Source: Octopus vulgaris
Taxonomy: Eukaryota
Direction of reading: 5' to 3'
NCBI GenBank assembly: GCA_951406725.2
Contig: OX597820.1
Span: 59,024,001 to 59,088,000 of the forward strand
DNA length: 64,000 bases
Shown here: piece after piece, positions 38,797 to 52,497 of the stretch
How the letters are laid out: each line of letters opens with the position of its first letter
Position numbering within the stretch: the first letter of the stretch is position 1
The notes under the pieces: generated by a model
Told to the model about the DNA's origin: nothing
Database searches by the model: none
Seen by the model: only the letters and a program-made list of their open reading frames with translations
Program-made: the position numbers and the translations under genes

Positions 38797-39448
38797 GTAT
38801 GAACATGTTTTTTTTCCTTTTCCTCTATTTTTTTTTTCACTTAATTGATATATTTTATATTTTTCAGTTTCTACTTTTTAAATTATTTTATTTTTAGCTT
38901 TACTTAGTAATTTTCAAAATTGTATTTAAAGAAAATATCTCATGTTCCGGGAAATTTTTTATTATAACGTAATAGCAATATTTTTCTTTCTTTCTCATAT
39001 TTGAATTTTATAATTTTTTTGTTCCTCCATAATACAAGCAAGGACTCATCCCCAAACATTAGAATTTAGACCCCTCGTACGACACGAACTTATTTAGTTT
39101 TGTGAAATTTATTAAACTTATTCTTGCTGCAACAAACTACTACCCAATCGAAATTAAGAAAACTACCACAAAATTTCTACCCATGAAAATCCTTTGATTG
39201 TTTCAAATAGGAACACATTATCCAATGTCAGTGGCAGCTCGTAGATAAAATTAGTGGAGGGACGGGGCCATTGTTTTAATATTGTGTAAAAAGGAACAAA
39301 CATATAAAAAGAAAATTTATACATAAACTTGATCGGTTTGCGTTTTAGCCACTGCCGAGTTGTGTGTTTAATTTGTTCACTGAAAACCGCTGCGAATTCC
39401 CCCTTGTTTTTCAAACATCTCCGCTAAATCACAAAATAAGGTGGGGAA

Positions 39449-39578
39449 TATTATTTACATTATTTACATTTGGCGGATATTTGTCCTCATCCTGTTTGTT
39501 ACCCCACGTAGTTTTGGCGTAGTGGTTAAGAGCGCGGGCTACTAGCCCCAAGATTCCGAGTTCGATTCCAGGCAGTGA

Positions 39579-39655
<77 letters not shown>

Positions 39656-39827
39656 TCAAAAAATACCTTAGGAATGAGAATTCAGGTTCGAAATTTCCCC
39701 CAAACACCTGATGAAGGCTGGAGGGTATATCAGCCGAAACGTTGTGTTAACAACAAAAAAGATGAGAACAAATATCCGTCAAATGTAAATAATGTACATA
39801 ATTCCTAATCTCTTAAATATAGAACTG
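39449..39827 (+). mobile_element. tRNA-headed, hammerhead-containing SINE/retrozyme-like element
   Basis: 12-bp direct repeats TAAGGTGGGGAA (39437-48, 39828-39). A box 39515-25, B box 39560-69, (AAT)n, hammerhead, 5' inverted copy of the tail. Confidence 0.7.
39703..39748 (+). ncRNA. Minimal type I hammerhead ribozyme motif (canonical core)
   Basis: aacac CTGATGA a ggctg-loop-cagcc GAAA cg TT gtgtt, with palindromic stem III AACGTT. Confidence 0.7.
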
Positions 39828-40753
39828 TAAGGTGGGGAAATCTGCCCTATTTTTTCAAATCCTGGCAACAGCACTGTAGCTGGAATCAGGATAATAATCT
39901 AATTCTACACTTTATTACATTCAAGAATATAAGCATGTTTTTAAGCACAACACACGTTGAGTCAAAAAGAAACACTGCCTTTCCCCAGCACACCAGGGTT
40001 GGCACTGCGTGAACCCAGTGCTCTCTCTCTCCCTAGCATGCAACTTCCTGTCTCGGACAAGTAAGCATACACACCACACAACAGCCAAACACCGCGTCGC
40101 TAGAAATATGAAGCGTACAGTTCTATACAAGGATTTTTTGCATTTTTTTCGTGAACTAGGGGATAGCTACTGACATTAAGCTTAAAGATTATATAATGTA
40201 CAAGTATAAGGAAAGAATTGAAGAAAAAGGACTCATTATATTGAATGCTATCGATAATATCGAGCGGAAATAGGGGGTACTGCAGTTCCACAGCGCCTAT
40301 TCAAGAGTCGCCACTGTCCAGTGTGTTATTTTATTTTAAGATGGCAAGATGATTAGCATTTTAGAAAGATTTAGCAGCTATTACTAGCAGGTTGATCTTC
40401 TGCATAATGAATCCTTTTACAGCTCGAATAAATTCAAGTAAAATGTAGAAGCCGAACTGTGGCTATCCCTTACAAAAATATGGCTACACGCTAGATAAAG
40501 GAAACAACTGTTTATCGTCTGACAATTCACAAATAGTCAACTAGATTTTCCATATCAAATCTATAAACGGTCGACTTAACCATTGTTGACTAGTAATTTA
40601 ATAAAAGTTGATTTAAAGCTACTCAACTTGGTCGGTTAAACCCTCAATATATACTGTTATTCTTTTACTCACACACACACATACACACGTATATATGCAC
40701 GCTTATATATCAAAAGGTTGTGTTATAACACTATTCCACATATACGCAAACAG

Positions 40754-40932
40754 CCATACCAACAATCCAAGATACTTCCATCATCAGCTGCCCCACGGAT
40801 ATCATTATGGTTTCGACACCTGGGCAGTGCCATTCAATAGCGTCAACAGCACTAAAAGAAGTGCTGTTTGGGAACAAACATACCAAAAAACAAAACACAC
40901 AACTTTCAAACACATTTACTCCATGTACAACA
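40754..40932 (+). other. Candidate additional exon of gene X
   Basis: Two open frames. The phase 1->0 frame (IPTIQDTSIISCPTDIIMVSTPGQCH...) fits the next exon but lacks an upstream phase-1 partner. Confidence 0.3.
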
Positions 40933-40991
40933 GTATTTAATCAAATATAGTTAGGATTAAACCGTGTGTATATATGTATATATTTACATGC

Positions 40992-41047
<56 letters not shown>

Positions 41048-41048
<1 letters not shown>

Positions 41049-41117
41049 GAAATGAAACTGGTGATATTGCTATGGTGGACATGTTGTGGTCTGTTCTGAA
41101 GCGCGGTAAAATGCTTG
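41048..41117 (+). CDS. Gene X exon ([23 protein letters not shown])
   Basis: tacag acceptor, G|gtgagt donor, phase 0->1. Confidence 0.55.
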
Positions 41118-41208
41118 GTGAGTAAAATACAGTATTTATTAAACTACAACTGCTTTATCTTTGAGTCATTGTGTGACACATACATACATACATGGATACA
41201 GATATGTA

Positions 41209-41263
<55 letters not shown>

Positions 41264-41418
41264 ATATATATATACATATATGTATATATGTATATACATG
41301 TATATGTATATATATGTATATGTATATATATATGTATATGTATATATATGTATATGTATATATATATGTGTGTGTGTATGTAAGTATATATATATATACA
41401 TATCTATTTATATATCAG

Positions 41419-41487
41419 ACATCTATCAAATTCTACAATATGAATGGTTAATGCTGCGTTTCCAATTAAGCACATTACAAACATCCG
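41419..41487 (+). CDS. Gene X exon ([23 protein letters not shown])
   Basis: atcag acceptor, G|gtaatt donor, phase 1->1. Confidence 0.5.
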
Positions 41488-41542
41488 GTAATTTATAAAC
41501 TTAGCAGTTCGTGTAACTGTTTATGATTAGAAAATCAATCAG

Positions 41543-41653
41543 ATGTTGTTCAAGTGATGGCTTTTTTTATGGATATGATTTATTTACATGACGTCTTTTC
41601 CCGAAAAACTTTGATCAAGTCAGATGAATTTGTTAAGATGTTGTGTTTCTCGG
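41543..41653 (+). CDS. Gene X exon (DVVQVMAFFMDMIYLHDVFSRKTLIKSDEFVKMLCFS)
   Basis: Phase 1->1, G|gtaaac donor. The preceding intron is only 55 nt. Confidence 0.45.
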
Positions 41654-42782
41654 GTAAACACAGTTGGCAATGCTTTGCATTTTCGTGTACGGTCTATTAT
41701 AGACACTGATCCAGGTGATGTCAAAGCTATCAACACAACATTTCTTTTCACTACCGCACGTAACTCATGAGTGCTACATAGCTTGTTTCTTTTTTTTATC
41801 TAGATACCCCAAAACAAGAATAGGAAAATTAATATTATTTGGTTTAATTCACTATTTTCGTTAAATATAAATCTAATATAGCTAAGAATTTTAAGTATTC
41901 TTTAAAAATGGTTCCCCAAACTGTCATTGGAACAGGAAATTATCTAAAAGAAATTATTTTAAAGTTGATTATAGCTGTACTAGTAATATCAACAAGATTA
42001 TAACGAGTAATTTTTCATGTGACAAATACATAATATAAAGCATATTCATAGAAATAAAGGATTATGTCTTCTAAATGGTATATATCTTCATAATGTTGTA
42101 ATATATACTACCAACATATCATCTTGATCAAGGGGTGTTTTGAGAAAGGAAACTCATATTAGTATAACTGTAAGTAATTTTGAGAGTTGTTTCTTGAAAT
42201 ATACGTCTTGCCGAAAGGAGAATAAGAGAAATACCACAATTCCATGTAAGTTATGTGTGATAGCTAAAAGAAAACTGTGCCATCACTTTGACCCTAAGTG
42301 AATTTAAATACACTATTTATAAGGCTATAAGCTGTTTCTTTTCGGCCTTACGTTAACCAGAGTCATATGTACTCTAACGAGAACTTAAGTCCAAAACTAT
42401 GCAGCTAATTCGGTAAGAGCGGTCTTTCAGGCGGACAATTGTGTTCGGGGTTCTCTCAAGTCTGAAATTCAAGAACTTTAGTGATTAAATAAAATAGAAG
42501 CTTTTGTGCTTGGTCAATAATTAAAAGGAATATGTACGTCTTTAATTATGTTATCATTGATCGTAACATAAAGTAGTGGCGGAGGTTGTGGCTATTTTCA
42601 TCGTCGTCAGCATTGTTGTTGTGATAATGGTAGTGATGATGATGATGATGGTCATGGTTCATTTATGATGACGACACAGTGTTATAAAATACCTTTATAA
42701 TCTCTTCATTCATTATCCTTGTCTTAACGTTTCTTCTCTCTTTTCAAGGCAGTTCTTTCTTTCTCTTTTTTTTTAATATATA

Positions 42783-43765
<983 letters not shown>

Positions 43766-43795
43766 AAAGTAAGAGTATATATTTTAACCCTGCAG

Positions 43796-43873
43796 GCCAC
43801 ATTGAAGAAGAAATTAGAGAGTTTGAAGATCCGGCCAGCTATTGGTCATTATTGAACGAAGTCATGTCTGAAG
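43796..43873 (+). CDS. Gene X exon (GHIEEEIREFEDPASYWSLLNEVMSE)
   Basis: ccctgcag acceptor, G|gtgaac donor, phase 1->1. Confidence 0.6.
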
Positions 43874-44407
43874 GTGAACTTTTTGTGGAAATTGGTGGTT
43901 GTAGAACTGCATACCGAGTGGCCATGGACTGGAGAAATCGTCGCTCATCTATCATTGCGTTGTTATTTCGAGGTGAGATTCATTACAATTTATTTAGAGA
44001 TCTACACCAGAATGTAACATTTTTCTATTCTCGTTTCTCTTCTCCTCTATTCCCTTGGGCCAACGTGGGAACACCTGGGTGGTTTTACTTGATTCTGCCA
44101 GCTCGCCGCTTTATGGGAGGTAAACATTACTTTTTTGTGATTAATACTTCTTCTGTCGCTATTAATTATATATTAAGACCATTTTACCAGTATTTTGTGA
44201 AAAGGCATCCCACTAACTAGACGCGCTAAGGAAACACTAAAAAAATTTTTGGAATCAGATTTCGAAACACAACCGAAAAAGATCAATTTCAGCTCTGATG
44301 AAAGATAACCCATTTTATTGATTAGCGTCATTATTTAGTATCTTCATGTTTAATGATATAAATCAAACATGAAATATTTTACAATGAATTTTATTTTTTG
44401 TTTAAAG

Positions 44408-44526
44408 TGGATTCTATAGAATGGTGTGTGTCAAAGAGCAAGAAATATGGTCTTGAAGGATTCTTTATTGCTTCCATAATCGATTCAGTTCAACAAATTG
44501 TCCAATCACTGTATTTAGATAACCAA
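44408..44526 (+). CDS. Gene X exon (VDSIEWCVSKSKKYGLEGFFIASIIDSVQQIVQSLYLDNQ)
   Basis: T-rich tract plus taaag acceptor, gtaagt donor, phase 1->0. Confidence 0.65.
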
Positions 44527-45089
44527 GTAAGTGATTGTCTCTTATTTTCTCACACCAACAGTTTCTTGTGTGACTTAACCACTCTATATGATCCTTTCTC
44601 CTTCTCTCTCTCTCTCTCTCCTTTTCTTTTGTTTCTTCTTCCTCTCTCCTCCTCTCTCGCTCCTGCTTTCTCACTCTCAATTACGCATTTGCAAATACAT
44701 ACACCAACACTGTCTCTACTATGTCTTAAGAACCTTATATGGTTCTCCCTCTCTTTTCTCTCTCCTTCTTTCTCTCTCTCTCTCATTCTTTCTGTCGAAT
44801 TTTTTCTCCCACTTCCTCTTTCTCTCCTTCTTCCTCTCTCTCACACTTTCTCTCTCTCCCTCTTCCTTTCTCTCTCTCTCTCTGTCTCTCTCTGTCTCTC
44901 TTTCTTTCTCTCTCAATCATTCACACACACCAACATTTGCTACTGCCACTTAGCCATCATGTATGACTCTCTCTCCCGATCCCTCTCTGTCTCTCTCCAT
45001 TTCTTCTTCTCTCTCTCTCTCTCACACACACACTCTCATCGAACAGACAGCTTTTTTGAAATTCTAACAATTACTTTGTGTCATTACAG

Positions 45090-45233
45090 ATCTCAGTGGA
45101 ATATCTTTTTCTGAGTGACATCCACACACTCCTTCATGGACTGCTACCGCATGAAAGTATTCATCTCTTAATAACTCTTCTCGCTTTTTCTAAAACAGTG
45201 TTTGTTGTTCATCGAACCGACATCAACAAACAG
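45090..45233 (+). CDS. Gene X exon (ISVEYLFLSDIHTLLHGLLPHESIHLLITLLAFSKTVFVVHRTDINKQ)
   Basis: ttacag acceptor, CAG|gtgaaa donor, phase 0->0. Confidence 0.55.
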
Positions 45234-46209
45234 GTGAAATTTTATTTTGTCATTGTTGTTGTTGTTGTTTGTATGTTTTTGTTTAGCCACACACATACAA
45301 GAAGAAGGAATAAAGATATCGTTTGCTAATCTCGTGTTAGCCGTAAACAGCATGGCCGATTACATTAGACACCTTAACCTACGACCTACGAAGCGAGGAT
45401 TCTTCATACTAAGCAAGCTGTCAAAAGAGAATATTCCACATGCATATACAACTTTTTTTTGGAACAACGAAAAAAAAACAGAGAAACGAGACATGCAACA
45501 TAAAGAATATTCCCCTTCTTCAGTTGTCCCTGTTTCATCTACTCCGCGTTCGAAGGAAAGGACAATACGTGACATCGTTGAAACAGGACAGTGAGAACAA
45601 AACAGTAAAAACAAACGGTGAGGGCTGTCAAGTCAAGACGATAGAAAAATTATTATGAACGCTAGGAAGAGGAGCTTATGAGAGGAGACAGTATAAGCAC
45701 ATTTTGTCTTTAGGAAGGTAGTGGGCAGAAAAATAGATTATCTTTCGTCACGTGTCATCGACTTGAAGTATACATAGGTTGCTAGGAAAGTAGATTGTTC
45801 CTATTTGAGAAGGAGCTCAAGCGAGCTAGGTAACGTCGTCTGATGTCGATCATACTCCTATGAAGACCCTAATCTGGTGGGAACATGTAATCGTAACCAG
45901 GAATTTATATATTACATTACGGCGCAAATAAAATGCACGCTTCACGGCAAGGGTCAGATAATCACTAGGCATAAACTCAACCTAAAAAGCGGAAAAAGTG
46001 TAAATGATGATTCATCAAAAAAGATTACTTTGTTTCACAGAGCCATTGGTCGTTTCTGATAGTCTAGATACCATTCTTTTCGACTCATCTATGTTGATGG
46101 ACGACAGGAAAGGTTTAACGATTGCTAAACATGTGTTTGAATGTATATCCATCTATCTATCTATCTATCTATCTATCAATCTATCTATCTATCTATCTAT
46201 CTATCTATA

Positions 46210-47270
46210 TTCATGCATATATGGGTACAGAACGTCACCAGCAGTGCAAATATGTAACAAACGAGGGGAAAACGAGTAAAATACGTGAACCTCGAGAAAA
46301 AATGGAAAACAGGACAAGTAAACACAGAGAAAAGACCCTTCATCAGTTGTCGACTGTCTATCTACTCCTCATTTCGATCATTCAATGATAATATGAGTCT
46401 GAAAAGACAGTTGCTCCCATAAATTCTAAAATAAAATTTAGGATTTACGGACGCTCAAAGTTGGGAACAAAAAATTACAGTGGAGACATACAAGGAAACA
46501 GAACGAAAACAAACGTGGAGGGTCGTTAGAACAGAACGAGTGGAAAATAGTGAACGCTGGGAGAAACATTTTTTGAAATGAGAAAAGATAGAAGAGTGAC
46601 AAAAAACACGTCCGTTCCTTTCAACGTCCGTGCAGGAAAAGAAAGATGGTCGCGTGAGAAAAAGAAAGATGGACGATGGTCACATGTGAGCAACGAGAGA
46701 GAAAAAGAGAAAGAGGGGGAGAGATAGAGAGAAAGATAGACAGAAAATGGTGAAGGAGGGAGGGAAGAAAAGGGAACTAGAGAAGGATAGAGGGAGAAAA
46801 CAGTATATTGTAGAGAGTCGCATCAAAAAGGTGAAGATAAATTTACTTGGAAATGGATGCGTTCAAGTAAATTATAATAAATACTATATAATGTATATAC
46901 ATGCATATATGGGTACAGGACGTCACCAGCAGTGCAAATAACATAAAATACGTAAACAAACTAGGGACAAACGAGTGAAATACGTGAACAACGAGAAAAA
47001 TGGAAAACAGGACAAGTAAACACAGAAAGAACCCTTCATCAGCTGCCGACTGTCTATCTACTGCTCATTTCCTGCATTCAACGACAATATGAGTCTCAAA
47101 GACAGTTGCTCCCATAAATTCTAAAATAAAATTTTCTCTGTTTTTACTTATCCTGTTTTCCATTTTTTTTTCTCGTTGTTCACGTACTTCGCTCGTTTTT
47201 CCCTCGTTTGTTTAAGTATTTCATGTTATTTGCACTGCTGGTGACGTCTTGTACCCATATATGCATGTAA
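46210..47270. repeat. Direct plus inverted terminal repeat structure (46210-46440, 46900-47135, inverted 47136-47270), Penelope pLTR-like
   Basis: catgcatatatgggtacag...gtcaccagcagtgcaaat block occurs twice forward and once reversed. Confidence 0.7.
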
Positions 47271-47722
47271 TATATATATATATTTGCGAGACGCAAAAAT
47301 GTAATGGTTATTGACAATTTTGTCTATTTTCGGCATATTTGGCATTAGAATTTTTCTTTTGCCCTTATTTTATAAGTTATTAATAAATTTAACCTTCAAA
47401 GGTATTTTTTAATATGCTGGCCATTGATAAAATTTCTTTTTCGAAAACATTTTATCCTACATTAGATATATATACATATATATATATTATTTAATTGAAC
47501 GCGACGCATCCATTTCCAAGTAAGTTTATATATATTGCTAAATTGCATATGTGTTTATAAATATATGTGTGTGTGTGTGTGTAGATATATATGATTAAAC
47601 GGATGCAGAGAGAAAGAGAGAGAGTACATTAAACAGTAAAAAAGATAAATTTTCTAAAGTATAACAATTCAAATTTCAAATATACACACTCGCTCCTACT
47701 CGCTTGCACACACGCACGCACG

Positions 47723-47776
<54 letters not shown>

Positions 47777-47812
47777 TATTGCCTGTATGCTTTATTTAAT
47801 CTCAATTTACAG

Positions 47813-47995
47813 ACATCGTTTCAATGGTGGACTTCTCTGGAAGATTTGCTGACCAACACATGCATGACGGGACAAATGCATTGTCGTATCACACATGTTC
47901 GTACGAAGGATGATGTAGCCTTCTTCAAAGTGGTTGTCCTAAGAAAAACCCAGAATAAGTCAAATACCGAAGAGACCGACATGTCCAGAAGAATG
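47813..47995 (+). CDS. Gene X exon (TSFQWWTSLEDLLTNTCMTGQMHCRITHV...DMSRRM)
   Basis: tttacag acceptor, 61 open codons, ATG|gtgatg donor, phase 0->0. Confidence 0.55.
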
Positions 47996-48237
47996 GTGAT
48001 GTTTTTTTTTTAGTTTGATTCGTTTATTACTTTTTTTTCTCTTCCTTTCTTTCTGTCATCATTTTTCTCCTGTCTCTCTTTTATTATATTATATTATACA
48101 GATTCGATTGAATACAGGTTATTGAATTCTAAACCTAGCTACAGTTAAAAGCAAACATAGGCACAAAGATTTGTACACCTATGTGTGCATCTGTATATGT
48201 AAAAGTGTGTGTATATGAGTGTGTGTGTGTCAATATA

Positions 48238-48318
<81 letters not shown>

Positions 48319-48404
48319 AATGTGACCGCGTGTGTACCGTTGGCGATTTTTTCCTCTGTCTTCCCTTCCTTTGAAAATAACAATATATTAAAACAACTAA
48401 GATG

Positions 48405-48488
<84 letters not shown>

Positions 48489-48534
48489 ATGGTATGACAA
48501 CAAAAGAATGAACAAGACCTTGATATTTTCCTAT

Positions 48535-48570
48535 GTGTCTGACGAAGAGCTCTGCTCGAAACGTTAAACC
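48535..48570 (+). ncRNA. Minimal hammerhead motif in a short (TA)n-flanked element
   Basis: gtgt CTGACGA a gagc tct gctc GAAA cg TT aaac. Stem I is imperfect. Confidence 0.5.
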
Positions 48571-48963
48571 CTCCTTCTTTCCTTCTTTCCTGAGCGCCCA
48601 ATAATACTATACTTGTTCCACGTCCTCGCGTTGTTGTGTTTTCATGTTTGGATTAACTTCATATATATATATTTGGGCGGGGGTTGAGGGTGTTCCTTTT
48701 TGGTAATAAACTTATTAGGTGGCTCCCTACAATGTAGGTGGCTCCCTACAATGACAAAGCCAAACTTTAGAAAACTGTCCAGATAATATTGGGATCATTT
48801 AAGTGGACTGAGAGAGTAATTTTTACTCATGCAAACCACCACTCTTTCTTTCTTTCTTTCTTCCTTTCTCTTTCTCTTTCTCCCTCTCTTTATTTCTCTT
48901 GTTCTCTCGTCTCTCTCGCTCTCTCTCCCTCTCTTTCTCTGCTTACCTATCTGTCTATCTATC

Positions 48964-49008
<45 letters not shown>

Positions 49009-49059
49009 CTTCTGATTCATATTTCACTTGCCTTATCCTATTTCATTGTCTTTTCATGG

Positions 49060-49531
49060 CTAATTTAGATTCACACCTCACCTTAAAAAATGCATTTTTC
49101 TGAAAACGTTTATTCGGATTCCAAGGTTTTACAGGTCGGAGATTACAAATCTGCAAAAACATTTTCAAAATTTTAACCCATCCCACACCAACACCTCCAA
49201 TTTTAAATGTACTGTTGTATGGAAATTTCATTAAAACATGAAGAAATAAGAGGATTTTAGCAATAATATCGAAACCGCAATTTCTACAGTTTAACCAAAT
49301 GAACATAGAAAGAGCACTTTACATACCTGCTTTAATGAAATTTCCTTACTTTAATATACAACAATGCATTTAAAATTGCGGGTGTGGGGACAGAAAGGAT
49401 GGGTGGAATGGATTGAAATTTTTAAAATTTGGTTTTGCATATTCGTAATCTTCAACATGTGAAACCTAGGAATCTGAATAAACTTTTTCAGAAAAATGCA
49501 TTTTTCAAGGTGAGATGCGAATCTACATTAG
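49060..49531. mobile_element. MITE-like element with long imperfect terminal inverted repeats
   Basis: ctaatttagattcacacctcaccttaaaaaatgcatttttctgaaaa ... ttttcagaaaaatgcatttttcaaggtgagatgcgaatctacattag. Confidence 0.7.
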
Positions 49532-49628
49532 CCACATCTTTTCCTAATTTGCTTTCTTGAACTAGATTTTGTGTTGAATTATCGAACGTATTAGATCTTT
49601 TTTTTTCTTCTTTTAATTATTATTAAAG

Positions 49629-49833
49629 TGTCAGGATAATTGTGATACGAAAAACTATATAGATGACGACTATAGAAGCAAAAGCAGCAGTAACAACAAC
49701 AGCAACAATACCAACTACTACTACAACTACGGCAACAACACAGACAGAAGCAACAGCAATATCAACAAACAAAGAAACGATATTCATCGGAAGATCTCCT
49801 CCAAGAGTTACAGCTTCCCTGTTTCCGTTAAAG
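49629..49833 (+). CDS. Gene X Asn/Ser-rich exon (CQDNCDTKNYIDDDYRSKSSSNNN...SFPVSVK)
   Basis: Phase 0->1, open, fits both neighbours. This is a different frame from the Thr-rich ORF in the track. Confidence 0.6.
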
Positions 49834-49963
49834 GTACAAGGTGCATCCCAGAAACTTTGAAAATTTTTTCAGAGTGGAAATTATAATTGCAGCGTGGAAG
49901 GTGTTTATAAGCCATTTAAGAAACACACAAAAACCGTTAGATTCACTTCAACATTAAATTTAA

Positions 49964-50014
49964 TTTGTCAAAATATTTTCGTCGCTTTGAGACCGCGACC
50001 TGTTCACTGACAAA
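49964..50014 (-). ncRNA. Hammerhead-like motif, G3-C8 variant (best-formed copy)
   Basis: tttgtca GTGAACA g gtcgc ggtctcaaa gcgac GAAA atat TT tgacaaa. The inverted partner at 50058-50108 has U4C. Confidence 0.55.
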
Positions 50015-50399
50015 ATTTCTGTTCACTGACAAAATTCTGCGAGATGCAGCACGGAATTTTGTCAGCGAACAGGTCGCGGTCTCAAAGCGACGAAAATATT
50101 TTGACAAATTAAATTTAAATTTTGAAGTGAATCTAACAGTTTTTGTGTGTTTCTTAAATGGCTTATAAACACCTTCCACGCTGCAATTGTTTTCGTTCCA
50201 GCACACGATCTCAGATCAGGTCACTTGCTATGCAAGTACATCTCCGAAATTATAATTGTCCTAGATTATTATAATTTTACAATATGATTATTACGCAACT
50301 AATAAGCTGACTAGCTAACTCTTTTCTTCCAGATTGATGGCGAAGGTTGTAACAGCACTTTGAAGACCCCTGTTAAATACTGCTTGTCACAGCTGACTA

Positions 50400-50945
50400 G
50401 TTTTCAGAATGTAGTTGAGACATGAAAACAATTTGGAATTTCGCTATGCATTAAGGTTCTGTGTTAAACTGAGCAAAAATGCTATAGAAACTTGTGAAAT
50501 GCTTCAGGCTGCTTATGGACTAACTTGTATGAGCTGAACATTTGTTTTTCAGTCACAAGAGATTAAAGGTCTGTAGAGAGGAGGAGAGAGACGATGAGAG
50601 GTGTGGAAAGGAGAGGGACAGCAGAACATTGGAGCTGGTTGAACATTGCAGCAATTTTTTCGATGAAGACTGTTGTGTGTCTATAAAGACAGTCTATGAA
50701 GACTGTCATGTGTATATAAAGACAGTCTGTGAAGACTGACGTGTGTCTAGAGTTTGGAGTTGGTGTAGCAAATGTACTCAGAATTATCCATGAAGGTCTG
50801 AACATGCGCAAAATTTATGCAAAGTTTATTTCCAGCGTGCTCAGTGACGAACAGAAGGAAAGACATCAGTTCAAGGTTACTTGAGTTTCTGGTGACCTGT
50901 GACGAAAGATGGATCTACTGATATGATCCAGAGACTAAGAAATAG
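50400..50945 (+). mobile_element. Degenerate mariner transposase remnant
   Basis: RYALRFCVKLSKNAIETCEMLQAAYG and LVTCDERWIY*YDPETK. Confidence 0.75.
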
Positions 50946-51503
50946 AGTGCCCAATGAAAGCATCCTAGCTTCAACTGAGCCCATCCACCTTATTCGCTCC
51001 CCCTCCTCTAGATGTCTTGCTGATATTTTTGTCGATTTGCAATTCATAAACATCAACTGCATCAATCTCACTAGATTCAAAGGGCCCGCGAAAGTCATAG
51101 CATATCTTTGTTCCAACCAAACCACTAAAAAACTAATGTATCATTCCTTGTTTTTTTAATATTATAAGATGAAGATTTAACAAAAATTTAGCAAGCCAGT
51201 AGACCGTGCAGAACTTCTCTTGTTGGTTTATCGATTCTGGCTTGATTTGAACACAGGTATTTAGTGACTAAATATTATGAGGAATTTTTTCTAGCGCCCA
51301 AAAATATCTACCAACTCACTATATTTAATACTGAAGTATTGGTTAAATATAACAGAATTTAAGGATGAATGGTTCACACCTAAGAGTGCTGTGTCACACC
51401 TCGAAATAACAACGCAATGATAGATGAGCGACGATTTCTCCAGTCCATGGTCACTCGGTATGCAGTTCTGCAACACACACACATATACACACACACATAC
51501 ACA

Positions 51504-51592
<89 letters not shown>

Positions 51593-51610
51593 TTATTTCT
51601 ATATCTAAAG

Positions 51611-51729
51611 GTATCAAATATTGCGAATATAGTCGCAGACTGTTGTTCCAAGAATGTCTTGAAGTACCTTCAATAGTTTGGAAGAAAATGATAGCATCAT
51701 CTTTGATAATACTGAGAAACAGCCACATG
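51611..51729 (+). CDS. Gene X exon (GIKYCEYSRRLLFQECLEVPSIVWKKMIASSLIILRNSHM)
   Basis: Only stop-free frame, phase 1->0, gtaagt donor. Confidence 0.55.
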
Positions 51730-52003
51730 GTAAGTAACCAATAAAATATTTAATAGAATTGGCAACAACATGAATTTTTAATTGTGTGAGATGTTAATAG
51801 AATTGTTATGATTTTCCAAACTATTTATCCCATCTGTGGAGAGTAACTTTACAATATTTACACCTATAATATATTTCAATGAGCTTGACCTTTGATCAAC
51901 AGGTGTCTTATTCCTGAATGTCCATTTACTCTCATGAATTTACACTAGTGACCCCATCAATAAGAACACTGTTATCCAAAATCTATAAATAGTTCAAATC
52001 CAG

Positions 52004-52077
<74 letters not shown>

Positions 52078-52287
52078 TGTATAAAAAATATATATAAAAA
52101 TACAAAATGGGACAAGAACGCAAAACATTCAAATAGACGATACAAAAACGGACGGGTCATTTGAAGCCTCTAATCTTCAGTCAAGAACCGGATCATCCGC
52201 GCAATTTCTGCTGATTAATCTTATATATATATAATATAAGTTTTGGAATTATATTCCCTACTATTTATTATATATATATGCACACAC

Positions 52288-52351
<64 letters not shown>

Positions 52352-52497
52352 CTAATACATCCGATAAATAGCAATTTTGTATTTACTCTGTATACGTGTA
52401 AGGAAGTAATAATTTTTGAGAGCCTGATTTTTCTCCGGCTTTGCTAGAAATATTAGCATACCTAGTAAAAATCTGAAATATTCCTATATATTTGCAG

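Noticed and set aside
39505-39582. tRNA gene (also 4118-4190, 14570-14643 and 35945-36015)
   Set aside because: A/B boxes are present but there is no proper acceptor stem or cloverleaf. These are SINE heads.
49663-49860. Thr-rich mucin-like ORF (and its mirror at 2913-3110)
   Set aside because: An alternative frame of the Asn-rich exon. Only the Asn frame fits the splice phases.
52403-52497. Longer version of the large exon with two in-frame TGA codons, suggesting selenocysteine or readthrough
   Set aside because: A good acceptor at 52497 gives a stop-free, phase-consistent model. No SECIS was recognised, and the two copies are too similar for shared TGAs to be informative.
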